In this document: positions 38,837 to 52,910 of the stretch, one piece after another
Position numbering within the stretch: the stretch's first letter is position 1
Layout: each line of letters opens with the position of its first letter
From: Octopus sinensis
Lineage: Eukaryota
DNA length: 64,000 bases
Reading direction: 5' to 3'
Assembly (NCBI RefSeq): GCF_006345805.1
Contig: NC_043000.1
Span: forward strand, 67,828,001 to 67,892,000
Notes under the pieces: generated by a model
What the model was told of the DNA's origin: nothing
The model's database searches: none
The model's input: the letters and a program-made list of their open reading frames with translations, nothing else
Position numbers and translations under genes: made by a program

Positions 38837-39248
38837 ACAAGAACAGGAGTAATTATCATACATGCTGCTTATAAAAACAAAACAACCAATTTAATATGAA
38901 AAAGGAAATATTTGTTGATATAATGCGGGAAATTATGGAGAACATACGCACCAACTATCTACTTCGTAAGCAAATTATGACATTATTATGCACGTGGTTA
39001 GTTAGTATTTTCGTAATTTTCGTAAACAAAATAGTAATAATAATAATTAACAATTTTAAAATTAATTAAAATTATACGTAAATACGTTTCAGGTTTAAAT
39101 TATGTACTTTAGGAATGACTTTAATTATATGAATACTAAACTAAATATCATAATTTAGTGAGGTAGTGAAATCGTCATCTGCCAAGAGGTTCTCATAGAT
39201 CAGGTTTGCAGCAGTCGATCTTTTCAAAAATTGTATTGAAAGGTAAGC
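38837..39248. promoter_or_regulatory. Putative bidirectional promoter / first exons (RMI1 and plus-strand gene)
   Basis: Minus-strand donor GTGAGT at 38838 and plus-strand donor AG|GTAAGC at 39243 face outward ~400 bp apart in a locally CpG-enriched non-repeat stretch. Confidence 0.45.
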
Positions 39249-41451
39249 GCACATATTAAAAAACATACTTTTTATGTTTTCGTGATTTCATTTACATTTT
39301 ACAACGTTTGTAAGTAGTTGATTTTGTTCGCCTAGTAATTTCTGTTTTTAAATCGAAATCAATGAAAATAATGACGTTTTAGTCTAAATTATTTTATAAA
39401 ACACTTCTGTGACCTCATCAGTGGTCCTTTGCTTTCTTCTTTCTTATTTCTGTGTCTTCCTTACTAACAGGCCGAAATACGATTATTTTATAAAACATTT
39501 CTGTATAAAAAAAAAAAGATAAATTAGAAATTACTTTAAGCATCATGAAAATTTTTTGATAACATAAATTTCTTAAATCAAAATAGGGAAAGGTAAATTT
39601 ATGTTTAAAGCAATTCAAAACAAAGAAGAAAAAAACTAAACAAAAGAAAGTCGGTTCCATTTGTCCATTTGATTTGGTCACAAGTGTTTCATTGTTTTTC
39701 ATTCTATACTTCGTCTTCATCACGAGCTATTGTACATCAATTGTTAAGGCGATGAGAGTAAAGTTTGAATGAGATTTGCTGTTATTTCTAGCTTGTTGGG
39801 CGTCTGCAGAAACGTTTCTGACGTTGACCTGACTGTTCAGTTAAGCATGTTTCACCCTAGTTTACAAAAGCCTCTACATTTAATAATCCGCATATCTATT
39901 ATTGTAACACTGAACATGACCTGCATAAATGTGTATATTACTCTTTATAGTTTTCTTCTTAAACAACACACAATCGTTGTTTAGCCCTAGGTCGGATCGA
40001 TTCGTGTAAACATGATCAAAATAGTTCCAGCCATGGCCGTCTTGCATTTTTTCACGCATCGTGTATCATTATGTTTTATCCAATATAGTATTTGTTGTAA
40101 TTTTCTTTAAATTGGCAGGGTCTTAGGATCTAAAGGATATTTGGCTGTTATTTCTCACAGGTCGGGTGATTACACAAAAGGCGTTCATGGTGGTTGTTCA
40201 ACTTGTATTCAATAATGCTGTAGTTTGCTGAAACTCTTTACATATTTTGAAGATGGTATATTTGGCGATTGTTTTTAGAGAACATATTTTGTGAAATATG
40301 TGAAGTCGTAAAGAACAGTCTGTCCATTGTTTTAACATTTATTTGATTCAAATCATCTGAAAGAGATTATCAGTCTCTTGCAGATGTGTAGAATTCCACC
40401 TTTCTTCAATCCTTCTAAGGCACATACATAAATTGAGTGTTTGAGTTCCGGACGGGGTCCTACAAGGTTTCGTCATAGTTCTGGACTACGTCCAGGATGG
40501 TAAGCAGTTGCAGATCATGAAATAAGTTTTGTCGACTTTCCTACAGGATGAAATCACAGATACTGAAGTCCTTGTGTTAAAAATAAAAACCGAGGGCGAC
40601 AAAGTCGGGACAGGAAAAATGAATACATAGCCAACATCATAGGTGGTCACGAACCGTTGAAGACTGTTGAAGGTGCTCGGAGAAGAACGTTGGGGTGTTG
40701 ATGGGCTTTCCTGAAAAGTGCTCAATAATAGCAGAAAATCTGTATTTCCAAATTGTCTGTCTAACTCGGGAGGAGAATCTTCGTAATAGTAATCGAAACA
40801 ATCCCCCTTTCGAGTGCGAAACCTAGACTCTCACTGAACTCTTGCAATTACCCCTTTAGCTGCTACACTTAGATACTTCAAATGGCCTTCAGTGTCAATT
40901 GAATGTAGAAAATGACTAACGAGGATCTCTAAGGCAATTTCCTTCATTTGACCAAAACAGCAAGAAAACGGATGTAGCTTTCAGGGAAATGTTTAAAACA
41001 CCAAAGTTGCCCACCAGCCAATTCATTATCTGAAATCGACCCATGAGAAGATAAACCATAGGCATCCCCTGGAAAACAATGCCAAGACAGCTACAGAGAA
41101 TAGTGGTGCTGCACTCATAGAATGGGAAATGTAATGTATCCCACATCTTACCCGCTGTAAATACAAATTGTAGCCGACAAATGATAATGATGACGAACGA
41201 TTTATTAAACAAATAAATATGTTTCTTTTGGTTGTGAATGTTTTGATATAAAAGAGATTACAGTAAATGCATGGTATAATTTCATCATTTTGTTAGTGTG
41301 AGATCAGAAGCTACTGATTTAAATACGTTGTTCTGAGTCTGTACTCACAACAGAATCAATATATGCAATGTGGTTCTGTACTGCGATGGAGATTTAAAAT
41401 GCGGATATGTCCAGACAATATGAGCAGGGAGGAGCCATAACAATACACACA

Positions 41452-41483
<32 letters not shown>

Positions 41484-42529
41484 CGCACAAATATATGTAA
41501 ACAATGTCTAATATTTTTAAACTCAGGCAAATAAATTTTTATTTTCAAATAGAAAGAAAATACTTAAAAATTATATCTCTATATTATTGACAATCGGAGT
41601 CTGCAGAGTGTTTTTGCATTATATATGTGATATATATGTATTATATATGTAATAATTAATTTACATATAAGCATGTAAATCTTTGAGAACATTGTCATTT
41701 TATAAGATTTTGTAGTATTCAGAGAATCCAGGATATTTAATAAATCAAACATTGATGAACTGTTTAATGTTGCTCTGATAGAAGAGATCTGTGATCAAAA
41801 ACCCTCTAAATACTTTTATTCGGGCATTATGAATACATTATTTAATGTTGTTGTTTTACTACGGGTTACGGGGAATTTGACTGCTATTTCTAGCATGTGG
41901 AGCACACACAAATAGACTACCTGGTCAGCTGCTTTTATGTATTTTACTTTAAAGGCTGAAATTTATTGTACAGCATATATGGATGCTCAGATTTATATGA
42001 GCCAAACGTTAATAAATTTTAAACAATACGAGTATAAAAAATATACAGGCTAGAATGTTAGCTTCGAGTTCATGCTTAATATATTTGGCCTTAAGGCCAT
42101 TTAAATGCAGTCTAAGAAAATGTTATACATGGCGAATATCAAATCAATTAATATTAAATTTATTTACTCTCAGTGGATGAACAGAAAAGAAAATGACAAT
42201 TATGGTTTAGAAAAATGCGGTTTTTCATTTAAATACCGTAAATAATAAAAGAAGTAATTAAGAGTATTAAATCTTTTATTAATAATTGACTGTGCATAAT
42301 TTGTAAAAAAAAATATGACATTGCAATATATATATATATATACAATTGCATTGGACGTAAGTCCTCTAGAATGGCTTCAACATATAGTTGTTGTAATGTA
42401 CAATAACTGTTGAAATTAGTCCAGACAGTTTAATGTGGGGATTATGAGATGCTTAGTCCTCAAATGCCCCATTTTTACACACACGCACAGATGTGATCCA
42501 ATTATCCTTCTTTTAAGACATTCAGCTAT

Positions 42530-43145
42530 GGTTTAAGAGATCTGAGGTTTTATATAGCTATGGTGCGGCCTCACCTGGAACTTGCATCACCGGTCTGGAA
42601 CCCCTATCTTGCCCAGGATATTAATCGTCTGGAAACCGTTCAGCGACGTGTAACCAAGAGAATACCCTCCATCAGGCATTTGCCATATTCTGAACGCCTT
42701 ACTTCCCTGAGCATGGATACATTGAAACTCCAACGTCTGGCAGCTGACTTGGCAGACACCCATAAAATTATTGACCATCTTACTAACAATAACTCTGAGT
42801 ACCTTTCCAAACTCCACCTGTCTAACACTCGTGGACATGTTTACAAAGCCAGAAAACAGCACAGCTCCCATGACTTTCGGAAACATTTTTTTCACGCTAA
42901 GAGTTGCTGAAGTATGGAACAAACTGCCGGCATCAGTTGTTAGTTGTCAGAGCACTGCATCCTTCCAAACTTCCATGATTCGCCAACACTACACCTGATC
43001 CCCCCCCCCACTTCCATACACACGCAAGCATGTATCTGACTCATACACTGTTCACTTCCCAGACATTTGTACATTACTGCATATGCTTTATACGCACTTT
43101 TGACAAGTTGTGGTGCACCTGAGCACTGTATACAATAATTTCATT
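42530..43145 (+). mobile_element. CR1-clade LINE 3' fragment
   Basis: YIAMVRPHLELASPVWNPYLAQDINRLETVQRRVTK..YSERL..TRGH..RKHFF / LRVAEVWNKLP (one frameshift). Confidence 0.92.
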
Positions 43146-43899
43146 TTTTTTTTTTTATCTGGCTGTTATTTCTTGAAAATCGAACGACCACGAAGAGATT
43201 CACTTACTATGCATGTAATACAATGAAAGACTGAATGAATCATCTGGCCAGTGACTTCACTCAAGATCGTCTGTTAAAACAAATAATTACATTGAGAGTG
43301 TGGTATATAGACTTGTTTTATTTTCTGCTAGCATTATTTACTACAAAGTATCTGAAATACTACCATACATCAGCGATTTAGGCGTTGATACTGATTAATC
43401 ATCCAAGCATTTCCTAATGGATAATTATTTTGTGGTGGTGGGAGTACATAAAATGTTCGATTTACGAATAACAAAATAGAGTACCTTTATTTGTTACTGT
43501 TTACAATTTTTGTCGTCTCCCCCCCCCGCCCCATCGATCCATTAACATTAACGCAGAGAACTGTCGGGCATATAAGAGACTGATTAGCCCTTTACATGTC
43601 CCGACTACGTTGATAAAATTCCTCTGTTTACCGGAATAAAAATTTCACGCTATCCCCATTTGAAGATACATCTTGATAATCTGAAACTTATCTCATATTA
43701 TCCCCTCACCCTCATGCATACACACTGGATTAGCCTGAATTTCCTCCTCCTCCTACCATCAATACAATTACTACTACCACAACTACTACTATTACTTACA
43801 CAGCAAGGATTCATCCATCCATCCATCCAATTTCATAACGCAGTTTTCCTGTGAGAGTCAAGGTGACTTGTGTCCTTAAACATGCTCTCCAGAGACTCC

Positions 43900-46320
43900 T
43901 GTCTGAAACATCTATCAACAAATGTTACAGCTAGATTTCTAGGTTATAGTTATTACTTACCCATCCAAGTTTATAGTTATTACCCACACATCTAACTTGT
44001 AGTCTACCCTAGGCCTCCTACAAGTTGACCTTGCTCATAAAACTCTCCTGTAATTCTTTGCTCAGGTATTTGAATCAAGTGCCCACAGTACCTGTGTCCT
44101 CTTAGGGAAAAAAGTATGACCCAACTTAGAGGAACCCATAATCACTACATAGAGTAATGTTACTCCATCATCTCTTCGGGGGAACCCCACTTCAGCCACT
44201 TATATTCTTGATTATACTCTTTTAATCATTACCCAAGGCTCATGACCTTAAGTAAAAGTAGGCACTAGATCTGAATATTACAAGTTAGGCTTTTTTTCAT
44301 TACATCTCTTCTTCTGATTGATGAATTTAGTACATTATTGCACCAATTCCAGTAATTCTTGCAGCCTTACATCACTCACAAAAATGACTCCAAGATACTT
44401 GAACTTCATGTGCCTCAGTGAAGCTCCACTAATATGCAAAGCACACTGATCAGGCTTTCCAATGTCTATCTTCATAAACTGATTTTCATACCTGTCTTAC
44501 AGCACTTTGCAGCAAAGCTATTTAGTATATGTTGAAGACCACCTTTTGACAAGCTAAATTGTACTATGGTGTCCAAAAATATCAGCCAGCTGATCCTACT
44601 CCTACCAATTTTGAAACCATTCCCACTCCAGCATGACAGTCCAATTCAAAAGGATTATAAATACAAAAGGTGATAATACACACACCTGGCAAAATTCAAA
44701 CTCCTGTGTAAATGTTTTGACCTAGCAACATTTACATGAGCACCAACTTTAAAGTATTTACACTGGGATTTCAAGGCAACAAAACCTATAACATGCAGTC
44801 ATATACTATTTCTAGATCTACTAAACAAGTGCATACTTCTTGACAATACTCCTGTGATTTTTTTGAAGACTTACTGTAATATAAATATTTGGTCAGACAT
44901 ACTGTATTTTGGAACAAAAGTCACACTGTTCATCAGCTTTTTTGGGCTCAACAAAGATTAACAAGGCAATTTCACTATAATTAGAACATTCTCTCTTGTT
45001 GTTCTTTTTTAAAAATTGGGATTACCACTCCTGATTGCCATTACTTTGGTACCTTTCCAGGGGTTCAGGCCATATGTAGGTCAACCCAAAAATACTTTCT
45101 CTGTTTAAAGCTTTTAACATCTCAAACTGGATTTCATCAATCTCCAGTGGCTTTGCCACATTTAAAAGCTTCACTCGCCTGTGAGGTTTGCTTTCACCTC
45201 CAAACACACTTAATGTATAATTGAAGATGTTACAATGATCAGATTTAAGAGATCAGCAAACTCTTCTCTCCACCCTTGAGGTACTTCTTGGGGGAGAGAA
45301 CCCTAAACAAGTTCTTGGTGGCAGGGGTGGAGTGGTACTCCTTGTTACAAAGTTGACAGATGGTCTGCCTGAATACTTTATTTGCTGAACCCCAAAATCC
45401 TCCCATGTTTTTATTGAATTTGCTGCAACTTTTTCTGCTTCATAGTACCACAAGAACAAAATAGATTTATTTTCAAGCTAAGTTTTTTAAGTTTCCTTCT
45501 TTGCTCAGATGGAATCTTTAACTTCTTGACTAAACCAGGACATACTTCTGCTACTTGGCATTTCATCATGCCATTTTCATCTGTATCATTGAACAGTTGA
45601 AGAAGTAACTGCTGAATTGAACAATCTCTACTCTGACATCTTCAGTTCAGTAAGTTCTCCAAATTCAAATGCAATAGTTTCTGCATAGTTGCTTCTAACA
45701 TCACCATCAGACAACACCTTCTACTTTATCCTGTTGGTTCTCTTAGCTGTAGATAGTCTCCAGTTGCAGACAACCAAGTGGTGATCAGTTGACAGTTCAG
45801 CCCTTCTCTTTACACTCCTACAGAATCAAAAACATCCACAGAATCAAAGACATCAATAATTACAAAAAAAAAAAAAAAAAATCAATCAGTATCCTCTGTT
45901 CAAAAGTATTCTAATATCTAATTCTAATATTCATGGATATCTCTGAGTGAAGGTACTTGTAATACAGAGCCCTTTTCTAATGAATCTTCTCTTGTATTTA
46001 GATCATGTTCACTATTCTTCCCAATCACTCTTTTCTATATCAAGTAATCTTTGCCAACATGTTCATTGAAATTTCAGAGCAGAACAAATAACTATGTTTA
46101 AAACTGTTCTGACATTATTATGGAAGAACTTATATTTGAACTCTCTGTTTCGCACATAAACCTGCACCAGCCACAGAGATCCTTCATGCAGCCTAAACTT
46201 CAGAAACAAACCTTCCACTTTATAACACAACAACCAAGGAATTGTGAGTATTCCTACCCCTGCCTGTGCAATCATAGCTGATTCCACATCCAAATAATGG
46301 AATTCCCCTCCTCTATCCAA
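43900..46320 (-). mobile_element. Decayed RTE-clade LINE (APE + RT remnants)
   Basis: LVQVYV, DHHLVV (APE); IDEIQFEMLKAL, LVDLE..YD, KFKYLGVIF (RT); many stops and frameshifts. Confidence 0.85.
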
Positions 46321-48479
46321 ATCTACAGAACAAGAGCCATGAAACTTTTATAGAGATCTCAACTATATCTAACCAGTAAAATTTGGTCTCCACCACTAGT
46401 TCCCACTACTTACCCGTAAAGTTTGTAATGTTTGAGTTACCAGTACTAAGTTGCTCCTTCAAGCATCCTCTTAGAGATCTGGAACATACAACCTTTCTGC
46501 ATCAACCACACAGCTTCCAGGACAGGTTGCAGGCCCATCAATGGTCCTCTTGGCATTGGATAGGAACTGCAATATATTTTTTAAAAAGGCCCCTCATCTT
46601 AAGGCCTGAATGCATCTATTGTTAGCCTATACAAAGAACAGTGTGACATGGTTACCTGTATGTATCCTAACTATAATAAAATTTTGATGATCTTATTTGC
46701 ACCAATTACCAAATTGTTTTATTTTTTTTCTTAAATCCTCAAAAACTAAGTTTATTTAGATATGACCTTTACTTACCTCTTGACAAAGTAGTTACATTTT
46801 GTTTGAAGAAAAGAAAGGATAGTCATTAAAACACTTTTGATCATAAAAGCTGCTCAAATAAATTTGACAATAAAAACAACAATCATATTGATACACACTT
46901 TAAGGCGGCAAGCCAGCAGAATTGCTAGCAGACTGAGCAAGATGCTCAGTGGCATTTTGTCCATCTTTACATTCTGAGTCCAAATTCTACCAAAGTTGAC
47001 TTTGCCTTTCATCCTTTTGGGGCCGATAAAATAAGTACCAGTTGAGCTCTGGGATCAATCTATTTGACCTATCCCTCCCCTGAAATTGCCAGCCATGTGC
47101 CAAAACTTGAAAGCAATATTCATATAGACTTTAAAATGATCTCTAAAAAAGAAAAAAAAAAGAGAGATCAAATAACAAAAAATATAAAACATTTAAGTGA
47201 TAATTGTGTCTAAAAATGCCGGAGCCCTCTTCTTCCACCACATACATACTTACCCAAACTCATGGACTTCATCCTTTCGGGGTCGATAAATTAAGTACCA
47301 GTTGCATACTGGGGTTGATCTAATCGACTGGCCCTCTCGCCCAAAATTTTGAGCCTTGTGCCTAGAGTAGAAAAGAATATATACACATTGCCATATATAG
47401 TAATTTCAGTGTACTTTACTTTGTTGTTTTTTCTTGTATTATAACCCAGCAAACAAGCATTTTACATTTGTTACTGCTCAAACTTTGGAGTTTGGGTCAA
47501 TAAGCATTCTGTCAATTAAACATGCCATAATTTCTGGTGTACAAGTCAATGAGGTATTGAGTGTATTATATGGTATATCTTTTACCTATTTCTGTCATTA
47601 CACTGTGGCCATGCTGGGGTACTGCCTTGAACTTTCAGTTAAATGAATTGACCTCTACATTTTTGTTTCTAAACCTGGCACATAAGTATTGGTCTACTTG
47701 TTCACTCTGCTAGAAATAGCAACCAAATCTCCTTTAATTCATAACATCCAAATTTAAATTAAGGAAGGTTACATTGAATAATGTAGCTCTAGGAATACTT
47801 TGAACAAACAGTGTAGTCATGGCTGGAATGCTTTTGATCACAGGTCTGAAACTAAGCAACATATTATAAAGAACAGATTAAGCTAGCTCTTCAGAAGATC
47901 CACTTTAAATATTTTTTTTTATTTGTTCTTTAAGTTAGCTATTTATCTTAGTTAATGTAAGTCTATAGTCATTATGTGACATTGCTTGCAGAAAAATCGC
48001 TGAATTGTAAGATTGCCAAAAGAAATTATATATCTTTAAGTACTAGAACACCTACACAAAATGACAATGAAGTGTAATGACTATGTTGTTTTATTACCAA
48101 CATTACAAGAAAGAAAAACTGTTAAACTTTATAGTAACAATGATTTAACCATGTGAATGGAATATAAAGACTACAAAAAGCAGAATCGTTTCTAGAATGT
48201 CTGAAAGTGTGAAAGCAAAGAATATTCAAACACATTTTCCTGTCAATTAAACATGCCATAATTTCTGGTGTACAAGTCAATGAAGTATTTAGTGTATATA
48301 TGGTATATCACTTACCTATTTCTGTCATTACACTGTGGCCATGCTGGGGCACTGCCTTGAACTTTCAGTTAAATGAATCGACCTCTACATTTTTGTTCCA
48401 AACCTGGCACATAAGTATTGGTCTACTTTTGTCAAACTGCTAAGTTACAGAGCAGTAAACAAATCAACATTTGTAAGTG

Positions 48480-48700
48480 TTGGGGGGGAGACAAACACAG
48501 ATACAAAACACACACACACATACACATGCACACATGACAGGCTTCTTTCAGCTTCTAACTACCAAATTAACTTACAAGGCCTTGGTCAACCTGAGACTAT
48601 AGTAGAAGACACTTGCCCAAGGTGCTATGCAGTGGGACTGAACATAGTATCAAGTGGTTAGGAAGCAAGCTTCTTACCACACAGCCATGCCTGTGCCTTG
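48480..48700 (-). mobile_element. Family A SINE
   Basis: Same head as 4632; further copies at 50095-50260(-), 51345-51510(+), 52415-52790(-), 54243-54400(+). Confidence 0.75.
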
Positions 48701-50831
48701 ATATTCAAGCATCGTACTATCTTTTCCGACTCTGCTGCATTTTACATGGAATTTTTGGTCCTCCAAAGTCATCTTGGTGTACAAATTGACCTAACTTTTT
48801 CTGGCTGTAAATTTTGGTCCAGAATGGGCCATCAAGCAAAATTCTTCCATAAATGATATGGAATTGAATGTGACAATTTAAATGAGTATGGTGGTGATGA
48901 TGATGATAATCATGATGTTGAGAAATACATTTCAAAGATTGTACTCTTAATATTTACTGTTGCTTTACAAACAGTGATATTGTGTTTGCTTTACATGTAC
49001 ATACACATGAACACACACACATGCATACAGACAGAGAGTGAAGGAGAGAGAGAGAGAATCATTCCTTCATTTATCCAATGAGTCAAAGAATGCTAAGATC
49101 ATTCAAACTTATGAGTAAGAACACTTGAAGAACAGATTGCTTATATGATACAGCATAAGTCATTAAAATAATAAAAGCTCAAAATAATTTTAATATTAAG
49201 ACTACAATCTTTGAAATGTATTTCTCAACATCATGATCATGATCATCATCATCACCATCATCATCTCACCATCATCATCACCATACTCATTTAAAGTCTA
49301 CTTTTCCATGCTTGCATGGGTCAGACAGAATTTATTTGAGGTAGATTTTCTACAACCAAGCTGCCCTTCTTTTTGCCACCCTTCAAGTGTTTCCAAGTAA
49401 GGTAATATTTTCTCTACGGCCAGACATGTTCTCACGGAATATTGGAAATAAATGACATTACTTGCCAGATAGCGACACCCATTTATAATTAACATGCAAT
49501 GTCAGGGTCAGGAGACACCACCACACACACATGCATGCACATGTAAAGATATATATATATATATATATATAATCAAGGTGCAGAAATGGCTTACTCCAAA
49601 TGAATAAGGTGATGTAATCCAATGGTAAAATAAATCCACAAATTAGGTTTTCCAAAGCCAGTCAGAAGGACAAGGGTCTGTGTGAGCATGCGGTAAATAG
49701 TTAATATAAAACATGGAGTAAAAAAGACAAGAAAAAAACAACAACACAAAGACATGCAAAGTATTAATGAGATGCTCAGAGAAGGAAAGAAAAAGTGGTT
49801 GTTTTATATTTCAAGCATAGCTCTTCTTTAGAAACAGGAGACAGGAAAGTCCAAAAGAAAAGGAAGGAGGAAAAACATCACCAACAGTCCACTTGTGGTT
49901 ACGTGGACTGTTGGTGATTATTTTTCCTCCTTCCTGTTCTTTTGGACTTTCCTATGTCTCCTGTTTCCAAAGAAGAGCTATGCTCGAAACAAAAAAACAA
50001 CCACTCTTTCTTTCCTTCTCTGAGCGTCTCATTAATACTTTGCATGTACTACATCCTTGCGTTATTATTTTTTTCTTATATATCTCTATATACACTTCTG
50101 TATATGAGAGGCTTCTTTCAGTTTCCATTTACCAAATCCACTCACAAGGCTTTGGTCAGCCACAGACTTTAGTAGAAGACATTTGTACACAGTACTGCAC
50201 AGCAGGACTGAAGCAAGGGCCATGTAGTTAGGAAGCAAACTTCTTACTTCACAGCTATGCATGAATTCAATAAATTAGTCACCAAACATCAATATTAAGA
50301 CAATGATAAGGCAGCAACCTGGCAAAATTGTTCGTATAATAAGCAAAATTCTTTGCACCATTTCATCTACCTTCACAATCTGAGTTCAAATTCTACTGAG
50401 GACAACTTTGTCTTTCATCCTTTCTGGGTCAGTGAAATAAGTACCAGTTGAACGGTAGGGTAGATGTAATTGACTTACTCTCTCACCCAAAATTGCTAGC
50501 CTTGCACCAAAATTTAAAACGAATATCAAGACAATGATAACCCTTAGCAAAGAACTGATTTGTGGACAGCCAGTAAAGAAGCCACTATAATATAACATTA
50601 TAGAACACGTATATAGAAGCCGCTATATATAACATTATAGAACACAGTGTTAATATACTTTGTAGTATATTATGGTTGCTTAACAAAATACAGTGTCCCT
50701 ACAGGTCAGTAATATTTATGTTCTAGCTTCCAGGAATGTTTGATATGTAAAATTGGTATATCCAATAATGTTACACCACTATATTTAGTGGCTATTTAAG
50801 CACTGTGTTCATGGATGATCAGTGGGTTGGC

Positions 50832-50881
50832 TGGGTGCTGATGATGGAGCAAAACCTCCTGAAATATGGCATATATGCCCA
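50832..50881 (+). ncRNA. Minimal type I hammerhead ribozyme motif
   Basis: TGGGTG CTGATGA T GGAG caaaac CTCC T GAAA TATG G CATA T A TGCCCA: all three stems pair; only 10.1-11.1 is T/T. Confidence 0.7.
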
Positions 50882-51507
50882 TTACCCATTTTTCATCTTC
50901 AATTTCATTTTTGTTTACATCAGGTGTCTTGGATACGAAATGCTGTAGCAAAATGAGTGCTAGCTGTAATTTCTATAGAAAATCTGTAGACATTACCTTA
51001 ATAAGTGATGTAATAGCACTGCTAACACAATAGAACACTATGAACTATTAAATATACTTTGTAGTATATTATGGTTGCATAATGAAATAGTGTCCCTACA
51101 ACTCATCAATAAAATACCAATTGGACACTGGAGTCAATAAAATCAACTTTTCTTCCTTCCCCCAAATTGCTGGCCTTTTGCCAAAATTTGAGACCATTAT
51201 TTCTTATTAGAAACATGAAAATAATAACAAAATATCAAAAAGCAATTTTGATTGACACTAGTAAAATGATAGGTGAACTGTGCTTAATTTATTTTTTTAT
51301 TTTTTTGATGCTTGAATTTTCTTATCTGAAGCACGGACATGGATAGGTGCAGCAAAGCTGTGTGGTAAGAAGTTTGCTTCCCAACAATATGGCTCTGTGT
51401 TCACTCCTACTGTGTGACACCTTGGACAATTGACTTCTGGTGTAGCTCCAGGCTGACCAAAGCCTTGTTGATGGATTTTGCAGGCATAAATTGAAAGAAG
51501 CCCATCA

Positions 51508-51571
51508 TATATATATATATATATATAATATATATATATATATAGTGTAGGAGTGGGTATTAAATGTACAC

Positions 51572-51633
<62 letters not shown>

Positions 51634-51680
51634 ATATATATGTATGTATGTATATACATACATATATATATGTGTATGTA
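51508..51680. repeat. (TA)n/(TG)n microsatellite
   Basis: Direct reading. Confidence 0.95.
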
Positions 51681-52910
51681 TGTGTGCATTTGTGTCCTTT
51701 TATCTTGACATCATATGATAGTTGCAAATAATTGATGCTGCTTCTAGGACAGAGTAGACGCAGCATCATTCATTTCCAAAATTCTATAAGAACATGCTTG
51801 GCCATGGAGAAACATTATCTTGTTTGGAAACAGGTGAGTTTTGGTGGCAGGAAGGGTACGCAGCCATAGAACATCCACCTCAATAAACTCCATCTAACTC
51901 ATGCAAGTATAGAGAAGTAGATGTTAAATGGCATGGTGACTTACTTTTTTATTGTATGATTTCTGATTCCCAAAGCTATCTCATAAATACTATGTTTTAA
52001 TTTAGCATTATTGTTAAATGTGTTTCTATGAACATTATTTTACATTATTATTTATGCTTTATAAGATTATGGGGTTAAAATTGTGAAATCTTGAAATTAT
52101 AGTTCTTAAAAATATGTGAACTCATTTCAGATTTTGAACACGCCTATCCACAAAAATCAGTACACACACATGCACACACACACACACACACACTAAAACT
52201 AAATGTAAATCTAAACAAACAGTTTTTAAAAGAAAGCCATCTGTTAATGAGTGAATTATATCTATTAAGCATATAATTATTTAAAGTTTCATCTGTCTTC
52301 ATTCCTCTTTGGGATAAAAATACATAGAACCAAGAATGGTACGAATCAAAAGGTTAAACTGTTCCTCAAAAAAACAGAAGAGTTTTATATAATCATTTTT
52401 TTATCTTTTATGTTGATTGCAGCCATGCTGGGGCACCTTCTAGAAGAATTTTTAGTCAAATGATTTGCCCCCAGTACTTATTATTTTTTTTATGCCTGGT
52501 AATTATTCTATCAGTCTCTTTTGCTGATCCATTAAGTTATGGGGACATATAAACACACCAACACCAGTTGTTAAGCAGTACTGAGGTACAAACACAGACA
52601 CAAAGGCACAATAGGTATCTATTTATATATCTATATAATACATGATGGGCTTCTTTTCAGTTTCTGTCTACTAAATCCACTCACAAGGCATTGGTTGGCC
52701 CAGAGCCTTAGGTGCCACACAGTGGGACTGAACCTGGAACCATATAGTTGGGAAGCAAACTTCTTACCACACAGCCACACCAGCACCTATGTCTAAATAT
52801 CTTTCTTAAAAATATTTTTGTTTGAAATGATTTATACATTTTCTTTCTCCCAATAGTAGCAATTTAAGTGTAACATTTCATTTATTTTATATTATTTTCT
52901 AGGTGTCATC

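Noticed and set aside
41716-41909. ~60-codon plus-strand frame as an upstream exon of the 52911 gene
   Set aside because: No convincing donor, and it runs into a SINE tail; cannot be supported without RNA data.
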